Assembly: GCF_035285525.1 (NCBI RefSeq)
Contig: NZ_JAYKGW010000148.1
Location: forward strand, 1 to 17,786
DNA from: Okeania sp.
GTDB lineage: Bacteria > Cyanobacteriota > Cyanobacteriia > Cyanobacteriales > Microcoleaceae
DNA length: 17,786 nucleotides
Direction of reading: 5' to 3'
Of this stretch, positions 7,729-15,707 are shown piece by piece. The number at the start of each line of letters is the position of its first letter. Within the stretch, counting starts at the first letter, position 1. Both the position numbers and the translations under genes were made by a program. The notes under the pieces were generated by a model that had not been told where the DNA came from, made no database searches, and was given only the letters and a program-made list of their open reading frames with translations.

Positions 7729-7831
7729 ACTAGGATTTGGTGAAAAAGTCTAAGGGTAGGGACGTTGCATGAAACGTCCCTACTCCCTACTCCCTAGCTT
7801 CACAAAAAGACTTGATTCAGCGATCCCTAAG
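7729..7831 (+). mobile_element. minimal (about 103 bp) derivative of the MITE-like family: terminus - hairpin - TACTCCC heptamers - terminus
   Basis: The left end is ctaggatttggtgaaaaagtc. A perfect 11-bp hairpin follows: gtagggacgtt (7756-7766), loop gcatga, aacgtccctac (7773-7783). Then come tactccc tactccc (7781-7794) and the right end attcagcgatccctaag. Confidence 0.65.
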
Positions 7832-8008
7832 TATCGATCAAAAATATTACAGATTGTTGCGTAAGTTAATAAAAGTAAGACTTGGATCGCCTTAATCCCT
7901 TAATCTAAAAGTTGGCTATTGATGCAATTTTCTCAATCACAGTAAATTTTAGTGTGTTCTGGCCACACTTGATAAATCACATTTAATAATTTTAAGGAGA
8001 TTCTAAAC

Positions 8009-8767
8009 GTGGCGATTCCATTATTAGAATATAAACCTGTAAGTCAAAACTCACGGGTTACAGGTTATGAAGTCCCTGGTGACGACCAACCAATTATTTA
8101 TTCTGCCGAACTTTTACCTTCTCAATCAGAGTGGAAAGAGTTAATTTGGGCAGCTTATCGCCAAATTTATAGCGAACATCAGATTCTCAAGAGCGATCGT
8201 CAAACCTTCCTTGAGTCTCAACTAAAAAATGGTCAAATTACAGTTAGAGATTTTATTCGGGGTTTGGTAATGTCGGCTCCATTCCGTCGGAACAACTACG
8301 AAACTAATAGCAATTATCGCTTTGTTGAGTTATGTGTTCAACGGGTTTTAGGTCGTGATGTTTACAGCGAAAATGAAAAGATTGCTTGGTCTATTGTTGT
8401 AGCTACCAAGGGTATTGAAGGTTTCATTGATGAGTTGTTAGATACTGAGGAATACCTAGATAACTTCGGCTTTGATACTGTACCTTACCAGCGTCGTCGG
8501 GTTTTACCCCAACGGGATGGAGGCGAAACACCTTTTAATCTGAAGACACCTCGTTATGGGTTCTACTATCGGACTATTCTAGGCTTCCCTCAAATCGTAT
8601 ATCAAAATGAAATACGTCGCTTTACTCCTCAAGAAAAGCAAGCTCAGGCAGGGGATCCTTCTCTATTCTTGAATTTAGCACGGGGTCTTGGTGTACAAGG
8701 AAAATCACCAACAAAACCTAATTTAGGTAGTATTAACCTAAGTATGGTGCCTTATCGTAAAAAATAA
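8009..8767 (+). CDS. cpcG: phycobilisome rod-core linker polypeptide CpcG
   Basis: The N-terminus (M)AIPLLEYKPVSQNSRVTGYEVPGDDQP and the linker-domain blocks YRQIYSEHQILKSDRQTFLESQLKNGQITVRDFIRGL, FRRNNYETNSNYRFVELCVQRVLGRD and GFIDELLDTEEYLDNFGFDTVPYQRRR are typical of CpcG. The GTG start at 8009 has AAGGAG (7994-7999) 9 nt upstream. Confidence 0.9.
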   Translation: MAIPLLEYKPVSQNSRVTGYEVPGDDQPIIYSAELLPSQSEWKELIWAAYRQIYSEHQILKSDRQTFLESQLKNGQITVRDFIRGLVMSAPFRRNNYETNSNYRFVELCVQRVLGRDVYSENEKIAWSIVVATKGIEGFIDELLDTEEYLDNFGFDTVPYQRRRVLPQRDGGETPFNLKTPRYGFYYRTILGFPQIVYQNEIRRFTPQEKQAQAGDPSLFLNLARGLGVQGKSPTKPNLGSINLSMVPYRKK

Positions 8768-8830
8768 TTCCAGGCTAAAATTCAATATTTTCCTGTAGTG
8801 AAATACATCGGTTTTCATTTCAGTAAATTA

Positions 8831-8866
8831 CAGTAGGGACGTTCTATAGAACGTCCCTACTGTTTT
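8831..8866 (+). terminator. strong hairpin (repeat-family module) plus T4, candidate cpcG terminator
   Basis: A perfect 14-bp stem pairs cagtagggacgttc (8831-8844) with gaacgtccctactg (8849-8862). The loop is tata and tttt follows. It lies 64 nt after the cpcG stop. Confidence 0.6.
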
Positions 8867-8960
8867 AAGGAGTGGGGGAGTGGGGAAGTGGGGGAGCTGG
8901 AAAGTAATTTTTTTTGCCTAACGATGTGCCTAAAATGGTCAGTATTTCGGTAAGATAGGG
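8867..8960 (+). repeat. MITE-like repeat fragment (forward, lacks the left terminus)
   Basis: ggagtgggggagtggggaagtgggggag...aattttttttgcctaacgatgtgcctaaaatgg parallels 5270-5335, ggtgatggggaagtagggagtcatttttttgctcaactgtgcccccaaaatgcc. Confidence 0.5.
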
Positions 8961-8986
8961 GAAGAAAAATCAGGGGATAATTTTTC

Positions 8987-9125
8987 CAATTTATCGGGAA
9001 CCGTGTGCCTCCTCTATAACTCCTTCCAACTCTTGACTTCCCCTCCTGGGAGGGGTTAGGGTTGGGTTGACTCCCTACTCGCCACTCCCTACCTCAATAA
9101 AAAGACTTTTTTCAGCAAACTCCAA
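8987..9125 (-). repeat. MITE-like repeat fragment (reverse), head-to-head with the preceding fragment
   Basis: atttatcgggaaccgtgtgcctcctctataactccttccaactcttgact closely matches the reverse complement of 12263-12325. It ends with ctccctactcgccactccctacctcaataaaaagacttttttcagcaaactccaatt, which is the left-terminus type. Confidence 0.6.
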
Positions 9126-9260
9126 TTACTACTTGAATCAGAAGAGAAGAAAAGCGTCAATCGGAAAGAGAAAGTTTCTTTGAGTATGATTTAAGCAGCT
9201 AAATAACTAGGTTTATTGAATTGTAAATTATATTAATACACTAAATGAAGCAGACATTTT

Positions 9261-10413
9261 TTAACGTAAAAAATTAGCCAAACCAACTCCAACAAAAGTA
9301 GCTAGGGCGTATCCCAAAATACCAGAAAGAATAGTAGGAGTTACTAGCTTGTACCAATTTTTAGCTTTGGTCATCGCAGCAGCAGTAGTCGGGCCTCCTA
9401 AATTAGCGTATTTAAGCTACAACTAATTCAGCTAATTCTAAGTGGAATAATTTACCAGCTAGTAATAGAAAAAGCAAATGAACGGTCAAAATTAGTCCAG
9501 CAAAAATAAATAAAACTGGTCTAAATTCTATAACTTTCCAGATATTAGCACTAGCTCCAATTACGACAAAAAATATCTGCATTAACAAAGTACTAATTTT
9601 GTCTGCTACTGTTAATTTTCCTAAATATTGGGAGAATATTGTGGCGAGAGAAACTGTTAAAAAAGTGGTGAATAAAATTGCTGTTTGAGGAATGCCTAAT
9701 AAACTAGCAATACTAACTCCTAATGCACCTAAAATTCCACTAATAGCTAATACTTGACTCATATCTATGATAATTATTGTGTTCGTGGCTCAGAAAAATT
9801 CTCTTTCTTTTGTTCTAGAAAGCTGATATTTTGAGCGGAATTATTATCAGGAAAAATTTGTTTTACCCATTTCAAAGAAGGTAAAGTAAATAACAGCAAA
9901 AACAACAAAGTCATAGCCAAATTATCTGCTGCTGTTCCTGTCGCTAATAAATCTCCTGAATCTAAATTTAATTCAAGAATTTGAGCAGTAGCAAAAAAAT
10001 TTACAGAGCCACCTATATAAGTAGCACAGAAAACTCCAGCTAACTTCCAATTTAACTCACCAATAGGAATCAAATAATAGGCAATTATAGTTCCCAAAAC
10101 TGTTCCCAATGCACCTAAAAAATAAGCAATTAAAACTCTTCCAGATTCACGAATAATTTGTAATATATTAGCTTGAAATAAAAGCAGAGGAATAGAAAAG
10201 GAAACTAGAAAAGACCAGACTACATTATAAGCAAGAGCATCAATAGGTATAATTTTTAGATTAGACAGAAAAAATGTTACTCCCATAGTTACAACAGCAC
10301 CAGATATACTTGCACCCCACCATTTTTTTCTGACCAAAAACCAATAGTTGCTGCGGATAAAATAATTGCCCAAATAGCAAAATTTTGGTCATATTGAATC
10401 AAACTGTTTGTCA
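9261..10413 (-). pseudogene. DUF819-type integral membrane protein gene disrupted by three frameshifts
   Basis: Four collinear minus-strand pieces lie in different frames. Piece 1 is MTNSLIQYDQNFAIWAIILSAATIGFWSEK (from 10413). Piece 2 is the track ORF 9774-10373 (WWGASISGAVVTM...). Piece 3 is the track ORF 9412-9762 (to ...ELVVA). Piece 4 is a C-terminal KYANLGGPTTAAAMTKAKNWYKLVTPTILSGILGYALATFVGVGLANFLR* ending at 9261. The breaks are at a T7 run (10323-10329), at about 9774-9792 and at about 9412-9418. The total is about 384 codons, the size and two-half architecture I recall for DUF819 proteins. Confidence 0.7.
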
Positions 10414-10532
10414 TATAAGTCACAAAATTTGCGGTAAGTTAATATAATATTTGATATTAAAAAAACTGGTTTTCTCAGCGCTATTAATGTAACTCATAAC
10501 CATAAGAAGCGCTGTATTTCCTAAATTAAATT

Positions 10533-11465
10533 ATGAACTTAAATAAAATAGAATCAACAAAATCTCTTTTACTGGTAAATCCTCATGCTAGAAAAGTTCA
10601 AGATAATCTAAATTTAGCCTTAACTTATTTACAAGATTTTGGTCTAGAAATTATCTGCAAAGAAATTGAATATCCCCAAGATTTTAACCACTTTATTCAA
10701 TACTATAAAAATCAGGTAAATTTGATAATTATTGGTGGTGGGGATGGCTCATTAAATATAGCAGTAGATAGTCTAGTGGAAACAGGTTTACCTTTAGGAA
10801 TTTTACCACTAGGAACAGCTAATGATTTAGCTCGTACTTTAGAAATTCCTACTTCTTTATTTGAGGCTTGTCAAGCGATCGCTACTGGAAAAAAACATTA
10901 TATAGATTTAGGTGTAGTTAATGGCAAATATTTTTTTAATGTTGCTAGTATTGGATTAAGTGTAGATATTACTAACAATTTAAGTAAAGAAGCGAAACGT
11001 CAATGGGGTACATTAGCTTATGCTATTACTGCCAGCAAAATGATTTTAAAAAGCCGCCCTTTTATGGCAGAAATTTGTTGTGATGGTGAATCAAGAATCG
11101 TCAAAACTTTACAAGTTGCTGTAGGAAATGGCAGACATTATGGAGGTGGTATGACTATTGCTCACGATGCTAAAATTGATGACCAAAGGTTAGATTTATA
11201 CAGCTTAGAAGTGAAACATTGTTGGCAATTTATTGGTTTATTACCTTCTATTTGGCAAGGAAAATATCAAGAAAGTTTTGGTTTTCGTTCTTTATCTGGT
11301 TCTGTAATTACTGTTAATACTCGTCAACGTCGTCCTATTAATACTGATGGAGAAATTGTTGCTTATACTCCAGCTCATTTTCAAATAGTTCCTTTAGCTT
11401 TAGCAGTTATGGTGCCAAGGAAATTAACAACTGAAAAGGAAAAACTTAATCCTATAATTTCTTAA
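10533..11465 (+). CDS. diacylglycerol kinase catalytic-domain family lipid kinase (YegS/BmrU-like)
   Basis: 310 aa. It carries the hallmark motifs LIIIGGGDGSLN and LPLGILPLGTANDLARTL, and the C-terminal accessory-domain pattern (GNGRHYGGGMTIAHDAKIDDQRLDLY ... NTDGE). Confidence 0.85.
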   Translation: MNLNKIESTKSLLLVNPHARKVQDNLNLALTYLQDFGLEIICKEIEYPQDFNHFIQYYKNQVNLIIIGGGDGSLNIAVDSLVETGLPLGILPLGTANDLARTLEIPTSLFEACQAIATGKKHYIDLGVVNGKYFFNVASIGLSVDITNNLSKEAKRQWGTLAYAITASKMILKSRPFMAEICCDGESRIVKTLQVAVGNGRHYGGGMTIAHDAKIDDQRLDLYSLEVKHCWQFIGLLPSIWQGKYQESFGFRSLSGSVITVNTRQRRPINTDGEIVAYTPAHFQIVPLALAVMVPRKLTTEKEKLNPIIS

Positions 11466-11522
11466 AATCAACAAGAATTCAGTTTTTTTTATAAACAAAG
11501 GGAAACGCTGTATTTTATATAA

Positions 11523-11662
11523 ACAGTGCTTGCTGATTAAATTGAAAAGCATTGACATTAATCATAGTTTGAGAAACTTTAGCTCTGGAAAAAATACTAG
11601 CTTTTTGGTTTATAAATATGAACAACTACTTCTTCTATAACTCCCTGTTCTTTCTAATTCTT
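11523..11662 (-). repeat. MITE-like repeat copy (reverse, truncated), first of a tandem pair
   Basis: It begins acagtgcttgctgattaaattgaaaagcattgacatt (compare 3423-3460). It contains aaaaatactagctttttgg. It abuts the next copy at 11665. Confidence 0.55.
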
Positions 11663-11664
11663 AA

Positions 11665-11888
11665 CTAGGGCTTGTGTCTGGAAATATGAAAGTATTTATA
11701 TTCTAAAGTTTTAGCATTTTTAGGTAGGGAAAAAGTACCTGGTTTTGAGCTGCTTAATGCACGGCTCCCGAAAAATAAAAAATTTACTATTTTCGGCAAA
11801 AGTTGGGCAAAAAAAAATTACTTTCCTACTCCCTACTCCCTACTCCCTACTCCCTAAATAAAAAAAACCTCTTGCAAAGTTTGAGGAT
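11665..11888 (-). mobile_element. MITE-like repeat copy (reverse), second of a tandem pair, carrying (TACTCCC)x4
   Basis: It begins ctagggcttgtgtctggaaatatgaaagtatt (compare 16871 tggtttgcgtatggaaatatcaaagtatt). It contains aaaaagtacctggttttgagc and the heptamer tract. It ends in a degenerate aaaaaaaacctcttgcaaagtttgagg. Confidence 0.6.
11827..11854. repeat. (TACTCCC)x4 perfect heptamer tandem repeat
   Basis: tactccc tactccc tactccc tactccc. The same unit occurs at 7781-7794, and its complement GGGAGTA-like units occur at 5270-5285, 8870-8896 and 12225-12245. Confidence 0.9.
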
Positions 11889-12195
11889 AATAATATCCCT
11901 TAATCCTTATTATTCAACAGCACAGATTTTCCTTCCCCACCTAATTATTAAAGGTAAAATGCAGGCCGAAGAACTAAGCAAGAGGTTTGGCTTTAGATGC
12001 TCCTGATGTACTAACTCCCTAGATATTTCCTACTTCCCAAAAAGGAGTGGGTTGTAGGATAACTGAACTCACAAAGCTTATTAAAAAGCCTCGTAAAAGC
12101 TCGTAGTTTGTCTGTACATTTCTATAATAATCCTCTTTTCCTTGAATGCAACTGGGTTATTACAATAGCCCGATTTTATTGTATGCTTTGATTAA

Positions 12196-12488
12196 TTAGG
12201 GTTTCCTGAAAAAGTTTTTTTGCGCTTGGGAGGGAGTAGGGAATAGCAGGGACTTATGCAAGGTCTGTACAGAGTCAAGAGGAATAAGGAGTTATAGAGG
12301 ATGCACAGGGTTCCCGATAAATCAGAAAAATTCTCCCTTGACTTGGGTATCCCAATATAACCAAAATACTCACTTTTTTACCTAAAAGGGGCGAAAGTCT
12401 GGTACTTTTATGGTTGCCGATAAATCACGATTAAAAAAGGTACTTACCTCTATCTATAAAGACTTTTAGATTTAATCAACAAGCCTTA
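12196..12488 (+). mobile_element. MITE-like repeat copy (forward), first of a tandem pair
   Basis: The left end is ttagggtttcctgaaaaagttttttt, followed by gggagggagtagggaatag and a degenerate hairpin, gggacttatgcaaggtct. The core is gagttatagaggatgcacagggttcccgataaatcag. The right end is ttttagatttaatcaacaagcctta. Confidence 0.65.
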
Positions 12489-12489
12489 A

Positions 12490-12688
12490 TTAGGGTTTGC
12501 TGAAAAAGTCTTTTTGCGCTTGGGAAGGAATAGGGAGTAGTTAAGAGTCAAAAGGAGTCCAACTGTGCCCAACTCTTGTCCAAATACTAAATTTTAAGAC
12601 TCTCTTTGCCAAAAAGATAAAACTTTTTCCAGACCTAAAATTGCTAAAACTTTTATCTGTAAATGTTTCATACCAAATCTGATTATTA
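12490..12688 (+). mobile_element. MITE-like repeat copy (forward), second of a tandem pair
   Basis: The left end is ttagggtttgctgaaaaagtctttttgcgcttgggaaggaatagggagtag. The internal caactgtgcccaac...agacctaaaattgct parallels 5300-5385 of the psbO-proximal copy. The right end is degenerate. Confidence 0.6.
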
Positions 12689-13274
12689 AAAGGTGATTTT
12701 TTGTTCTTCCTCTCTCATCTTTATGCCTTCTACCTAACCTTTACAGTAAGTATCTCTTATAAATCTGATTTAATATTAACCTTTTTAAATTTTGATTTAT
12801 TGGGAACCGTCATTTCAGTTATCAGTTATCATTTATCAGTGAACCTCCGATTAAACTTGGAGGCTTGAAATACTGATTTATCGGGAACCGTGTTAAATAT
12901 TTTTTCATTCCCTTCAAAGGGGAGGCTTTATATCTCATTTTTTGGTAAAAATGCAAATTTTTAGTTAGCTCTAGTTTCTCAAGTGAGCATTGCATTAAAG
13001 GATCGCTATGACAGAAAAATAAATTACTATTCTTTTTAAAAGAAGAGGCTTGAAAACTCTCGATATTAATATCAATTATTCTTCATAAAAATGCTCTTTA
13101 TTTAATACTTGGTAAGCATTGATAGGTCAGCTATGAGCTATTAGCTTTAGAGAATAAATTTAATAAATAATATAATATCAAATCCAGCAGTATTGGTATA
13201 ATCAAAACTTTAGCAATATAGGAGTTTTTGCAAATATTAATTTTATCCTCCCCAGGTGGATTTTATATTAATAG

Positions 13275-14702
13275 TTAATAGCTGAATTCTGACAACACTT
13301 GCAACCATATAACCACTGTAGTACCACCATTAATTAGTAAATTTTTCTCTTTTAAATAACTAGGCAACCATTGAGTTTCCACAGGAGAATATACTTGAAT
13401 TTCTCCTTGCATTTCATCTATCAAATTACGAGCAATTACTAATCCTAATCCAGTTCCTGGAATATTTGTTTTAGCTTTTTCACCTCGATATTTTCGTTCA
13501 AATAAATGCTCTAAATCTGCCGATGGAATGCCATAACCTGTATCACTAATAGCTATAGCTAACATTGATTCTATTTTACTATTAATTGATTTATTACAAT
13601 TTTCTGGTGGAGCTAAAATTGCTAATTTAATATAAATATTTCCTTGAGCTGGAGTATACTTTAAAGAATTATCAATAATATTACTTAAAACTTCTCGCAA
13701 AGCTTTATAATTAGCTTGAACGATTGGTAAACTTTGAGGAAAATCAACTTGTAAATTTATATTACTTTCATCAGCAATTGCTTGAGCAGAAATTAATAAA
13801 GGTTCTAAAACTTTTTCTACAGAAACTGACTCTAAAAAATTAGCTCCAGGTAAAAGTCGCAGAGGTTTAGATTTTTGATTAGCTTCTTGATAAGTATCTA
13901 TTATTTCTTCTACATTTTCATTGGGAATTGTACTTTGAAAATAATTACTTTCAACAGGAACGCTCAATATCTCTTCTCCCAGATTAACAGTTTCATCAAC
14001 TTGGGCAATTAACTCTTTCAGGCGATCGCTTTCCCGTAAAATACTATTAGCTACATTCCAGTTTTTGTCTTCTGGTAAAAATCTTTTCAATAATAACTTA
14101 CCGAAAGTTCGTAGTGCAGTTAATGGACTTTTCAACTGATGCAATATATTGTGCATCGTATCAAACTGTTCAGACTGTAACCGCTGTTGTTGCTGAAATT
14201 TCTCCTTTAACCATTCAAAACGTTGATCTAAAATACAGGCTATGGCAATAGTTTGAGCCACTTGTTGAATTTGATTTCTTTCTTGCTGCTTCCAGGGTCG
14301 GTCTTCTCTTGCTGTTACCAGTAACCCCATAACTACCCCATTATGAATCAACGGTAAAACAACTTGATGCTCTGGCCAAAGATTATTTTTAGGCCATTCT
14401 GAATTTGATTCTGTTGTATGGTTGATTACTTCTAAAATAGGAGAATTTTCCCCAGTCATTAAAGGTGCAGGTAATAATTTGGGGACATTATCTAATTTTT
14501 GTATTTCTGAGGTTACTTTTAAAACTGAAGTTGCTTCCTGAGCTTGGGGTATTTCTGGCTCGGCAATCACAGGAATTAGTTTAGCGTCACCCCCTTCTGC
14601 CAGTTTTTTTGTTAAGTAAACCACACTTAAGGTTGCACCCCAACTAGATATGAGAGATATCTGGGTTCTGCAAAGTCCAATAAATTCTGTACTTGTGGAC
14701 AT
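13275..14702 (-). CDS. soluble sensor histidine kinase with N-terminal GAF-like domain (Hik2/CSK-like)
   Basis: 475 aa with no TM segments. The H-box is NILHQLKSPLTALRTFGKLLLKRF. The N-box is REVLSNIIDNSLKYT. The G1 and G2 boxes are ISDTGYGIP and GTGLGLVIARNLI. The HQL(K/R)xPLTALRTFGKLL H-box and the N-terminal CRTQISLISS...VVYLT region resemble cyanobacterial Hik2 / chloroplast sensor kinase as I remember them. The Hik2 assignment itself is moderate (about 0.5). Confidence 0.85.
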   Translation of the reverse strand: MSTSTEFIGLCRTQISLISSWGATLSVVYLTKKLAEGGDAKLIPVIAEPEIPQAQEATSVLKVTSEIQKLDNVPKLLPAPLMTGENSPILEVINHTTESNSEWPKNNLWPEHQVVLPLIHNGVVMGLLVTAREDRPWKQQERNQIQQVAQTIAIACILDQRFEWLKEKFQQQQRLQSEQFDTMHNILHQLKSPLTALRTFGKLLLKRFLPEDKNWNVANSILRESDRLKELIAQVDETVNLGEEILSVPVESNYFQSTIPNENVEEIIDTYQEANQKSKPLRLLPGANFLESVSVEKVLEPLLISAQAIADESNINLQVDFPQSLPIVQANYKALREVLSNIIDNSLKYTPAQGNIYIKLAILAPPENCNKSINSKIESMLAIAISDTGYGIPSADLEHLFERKYRGEKAKTNIPGTGLGLVIARNLIDEMQGEIQVYSPVETQWLPSYLKEKNLLINGGTTVVIWLQVLSEFSY

Positions 14703-14890
14703 TACGATTTAGTAGCTCTTTGTGGAAAATTCCACTGGACATTATGTTTATTTTAGTATTCTAGAAAATAAAACGTATATTTTGTATCAAAATATTAAGA
14801 ACACTTGAATTTTTTAGCTAAAGTACATATAATTTTATCAAATTTGGTAGCCGTAACTACACCCATCGGCTAACACAGGAGGTAAGTAAA

Positions 14891-15229
14891 TTGGCTAGAA
14901 GACGTAAGCGTAAAAGTCGTCGTAGACAAGAAGGACGCAGAATTCTTGAGCAAGTAGCTCAGTATAGCATTGAAAGCGGTGAAGATAAACCAGTGACTGC
15001 CGCTCGTAAGTTTATTCATGCCCAAGGTATTATTCCACCTGCTGTACTTCTAGTAAGAAGAAATGAGCATACCACTGATAGGTACTTCTGGGCAGAAAAG
15101 GGTTTATTTGGAGCCCAATATGTTGAAGAAAATCATTTCTTGTTTCCGAGCTTAAAACCTTTGATAGAACTTAAGACACCTGATAAAAAACAGGTAGTTA
15201 GCTCTACTCCAAGTCTCAGTCAAGTTTAG
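14891..15229 (+). CDS. conserved hypothetical protein with a highly basic N-terminus
   Basis: 112-aa ORF with a TTG start at 14891, 8 nt after a perfect AGGAGG (14877-14882). The N-terminus is ARRRKRKSRRRQEGRR. The core is VTAARKFIHAQGIIPPAVLLVRRNEHTTDRYFWAEKGLFGAQYVEENHFLFPSL, which resembles a small cyanobacteria-restricted family from memory. Its function is unknown. Confidence 0.6.
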   Translation: MARRRKRKSRRRQEGRRILEQVAQYSIESGEDKPVTAARKFIHAQGIIPPAVLLVRRNEHTTDRYFWAEKGLFGAQYVEENHFLFPSLKPLIELKTPDKKQVVSSTPSLSQV

Positions 15230-15249
15230 GGACATTTTCTCAAGGGTTT

Positions 15250-15275
15250 TTCTAGGGAACCTAGAATGTTTTTTG
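15250..15275 (+). terminator. candidate rho-independent terminator
   Basis: A 7-bp stem pairs ttctagg (15250-15256) with cctagaa (15260-15266). The loop is 3 nt and the stem is followed by tgtttttt. It lies 21 nt after the stop at 15229. Confidence 0.45.
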
Positions 15276-15707
15276 TTATCTATGACTAGCAAGTACCAAC
15301 TTATACTCAAATCAAGCAAAATGGTAATGCTTAAGTAACTACCCAATTTGTCTGATTTAGTAATAATAAATAATAGCAGTTTTTATTAGCCTTTGGGGCT
15401 AAATTAACTAAGATTTCAAATTTCCATCTCTCCATGGATTTGATAACTTAGTTATTTTTATGTCTCAAATTAGGGAACAGGGAACAGGGAATAGATTACT
15501 ATCAAAGGGTTTCAGGATTTATAAATGTTCCCGCCCTTGGCTTCGACTGCTAAATAGCTTACCAAAATAAATTACCAATACTATTTTGATAATATTGTTT
15601 GACAATAACAGGGCTTATGGAAATACAGTATACTTCATCTCAGTAAGGATTACTTGTGGTATGCAAGATACTCACCCTAGAAAGACTTGATCATAGAAAT
15701 GTTAGTT

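Noticed and set aside
10506-11516. 13/14-nt direct repeat GAA(G/A)CGCTGTATTT flanking the lipid kinase gene (10506-10519 and 11503-11516), suggestive of insertion scars
   Set aside because: Exact 10-mers are expected to recur many times by chance in an AT-rich window of this size. There are no terminal inverted repeats or mobility genes, and the gene's composition matches its neighbours.
11803-12006. 67-aa plus-strand track ORF
   Set aside because: It has a TTG start and reads straight through the (TACTCCC)x4 microsatellite (LLPTPYSL...) and the repeat terminus. It has no RBS and no recognisable fold.
11523-12688. Possible CRISPR array, given the many repeated units in a gene-free region
   Set aside because: The repeats are 100-300 bp long, of variable length and in both orientations. 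They are not 25-40 bp units at regular spacing. No cas genes or leader-like structure are present.
14847-14860. Perfect NtcA-type motif GTA-N8-TAC (GTAGCCGTAACTAC) in the divergent region between the kinase and the 14891 gene
   Set aside because: The spacing fits neither direction. A start site about 41 nt downstream would fall inside the 14891 CDS, past its strong SD. On the other strand no TAN3T -10 lies about 22 nt away. Several such 6-specified-base motifs are expected by chance in 17.8 kb.
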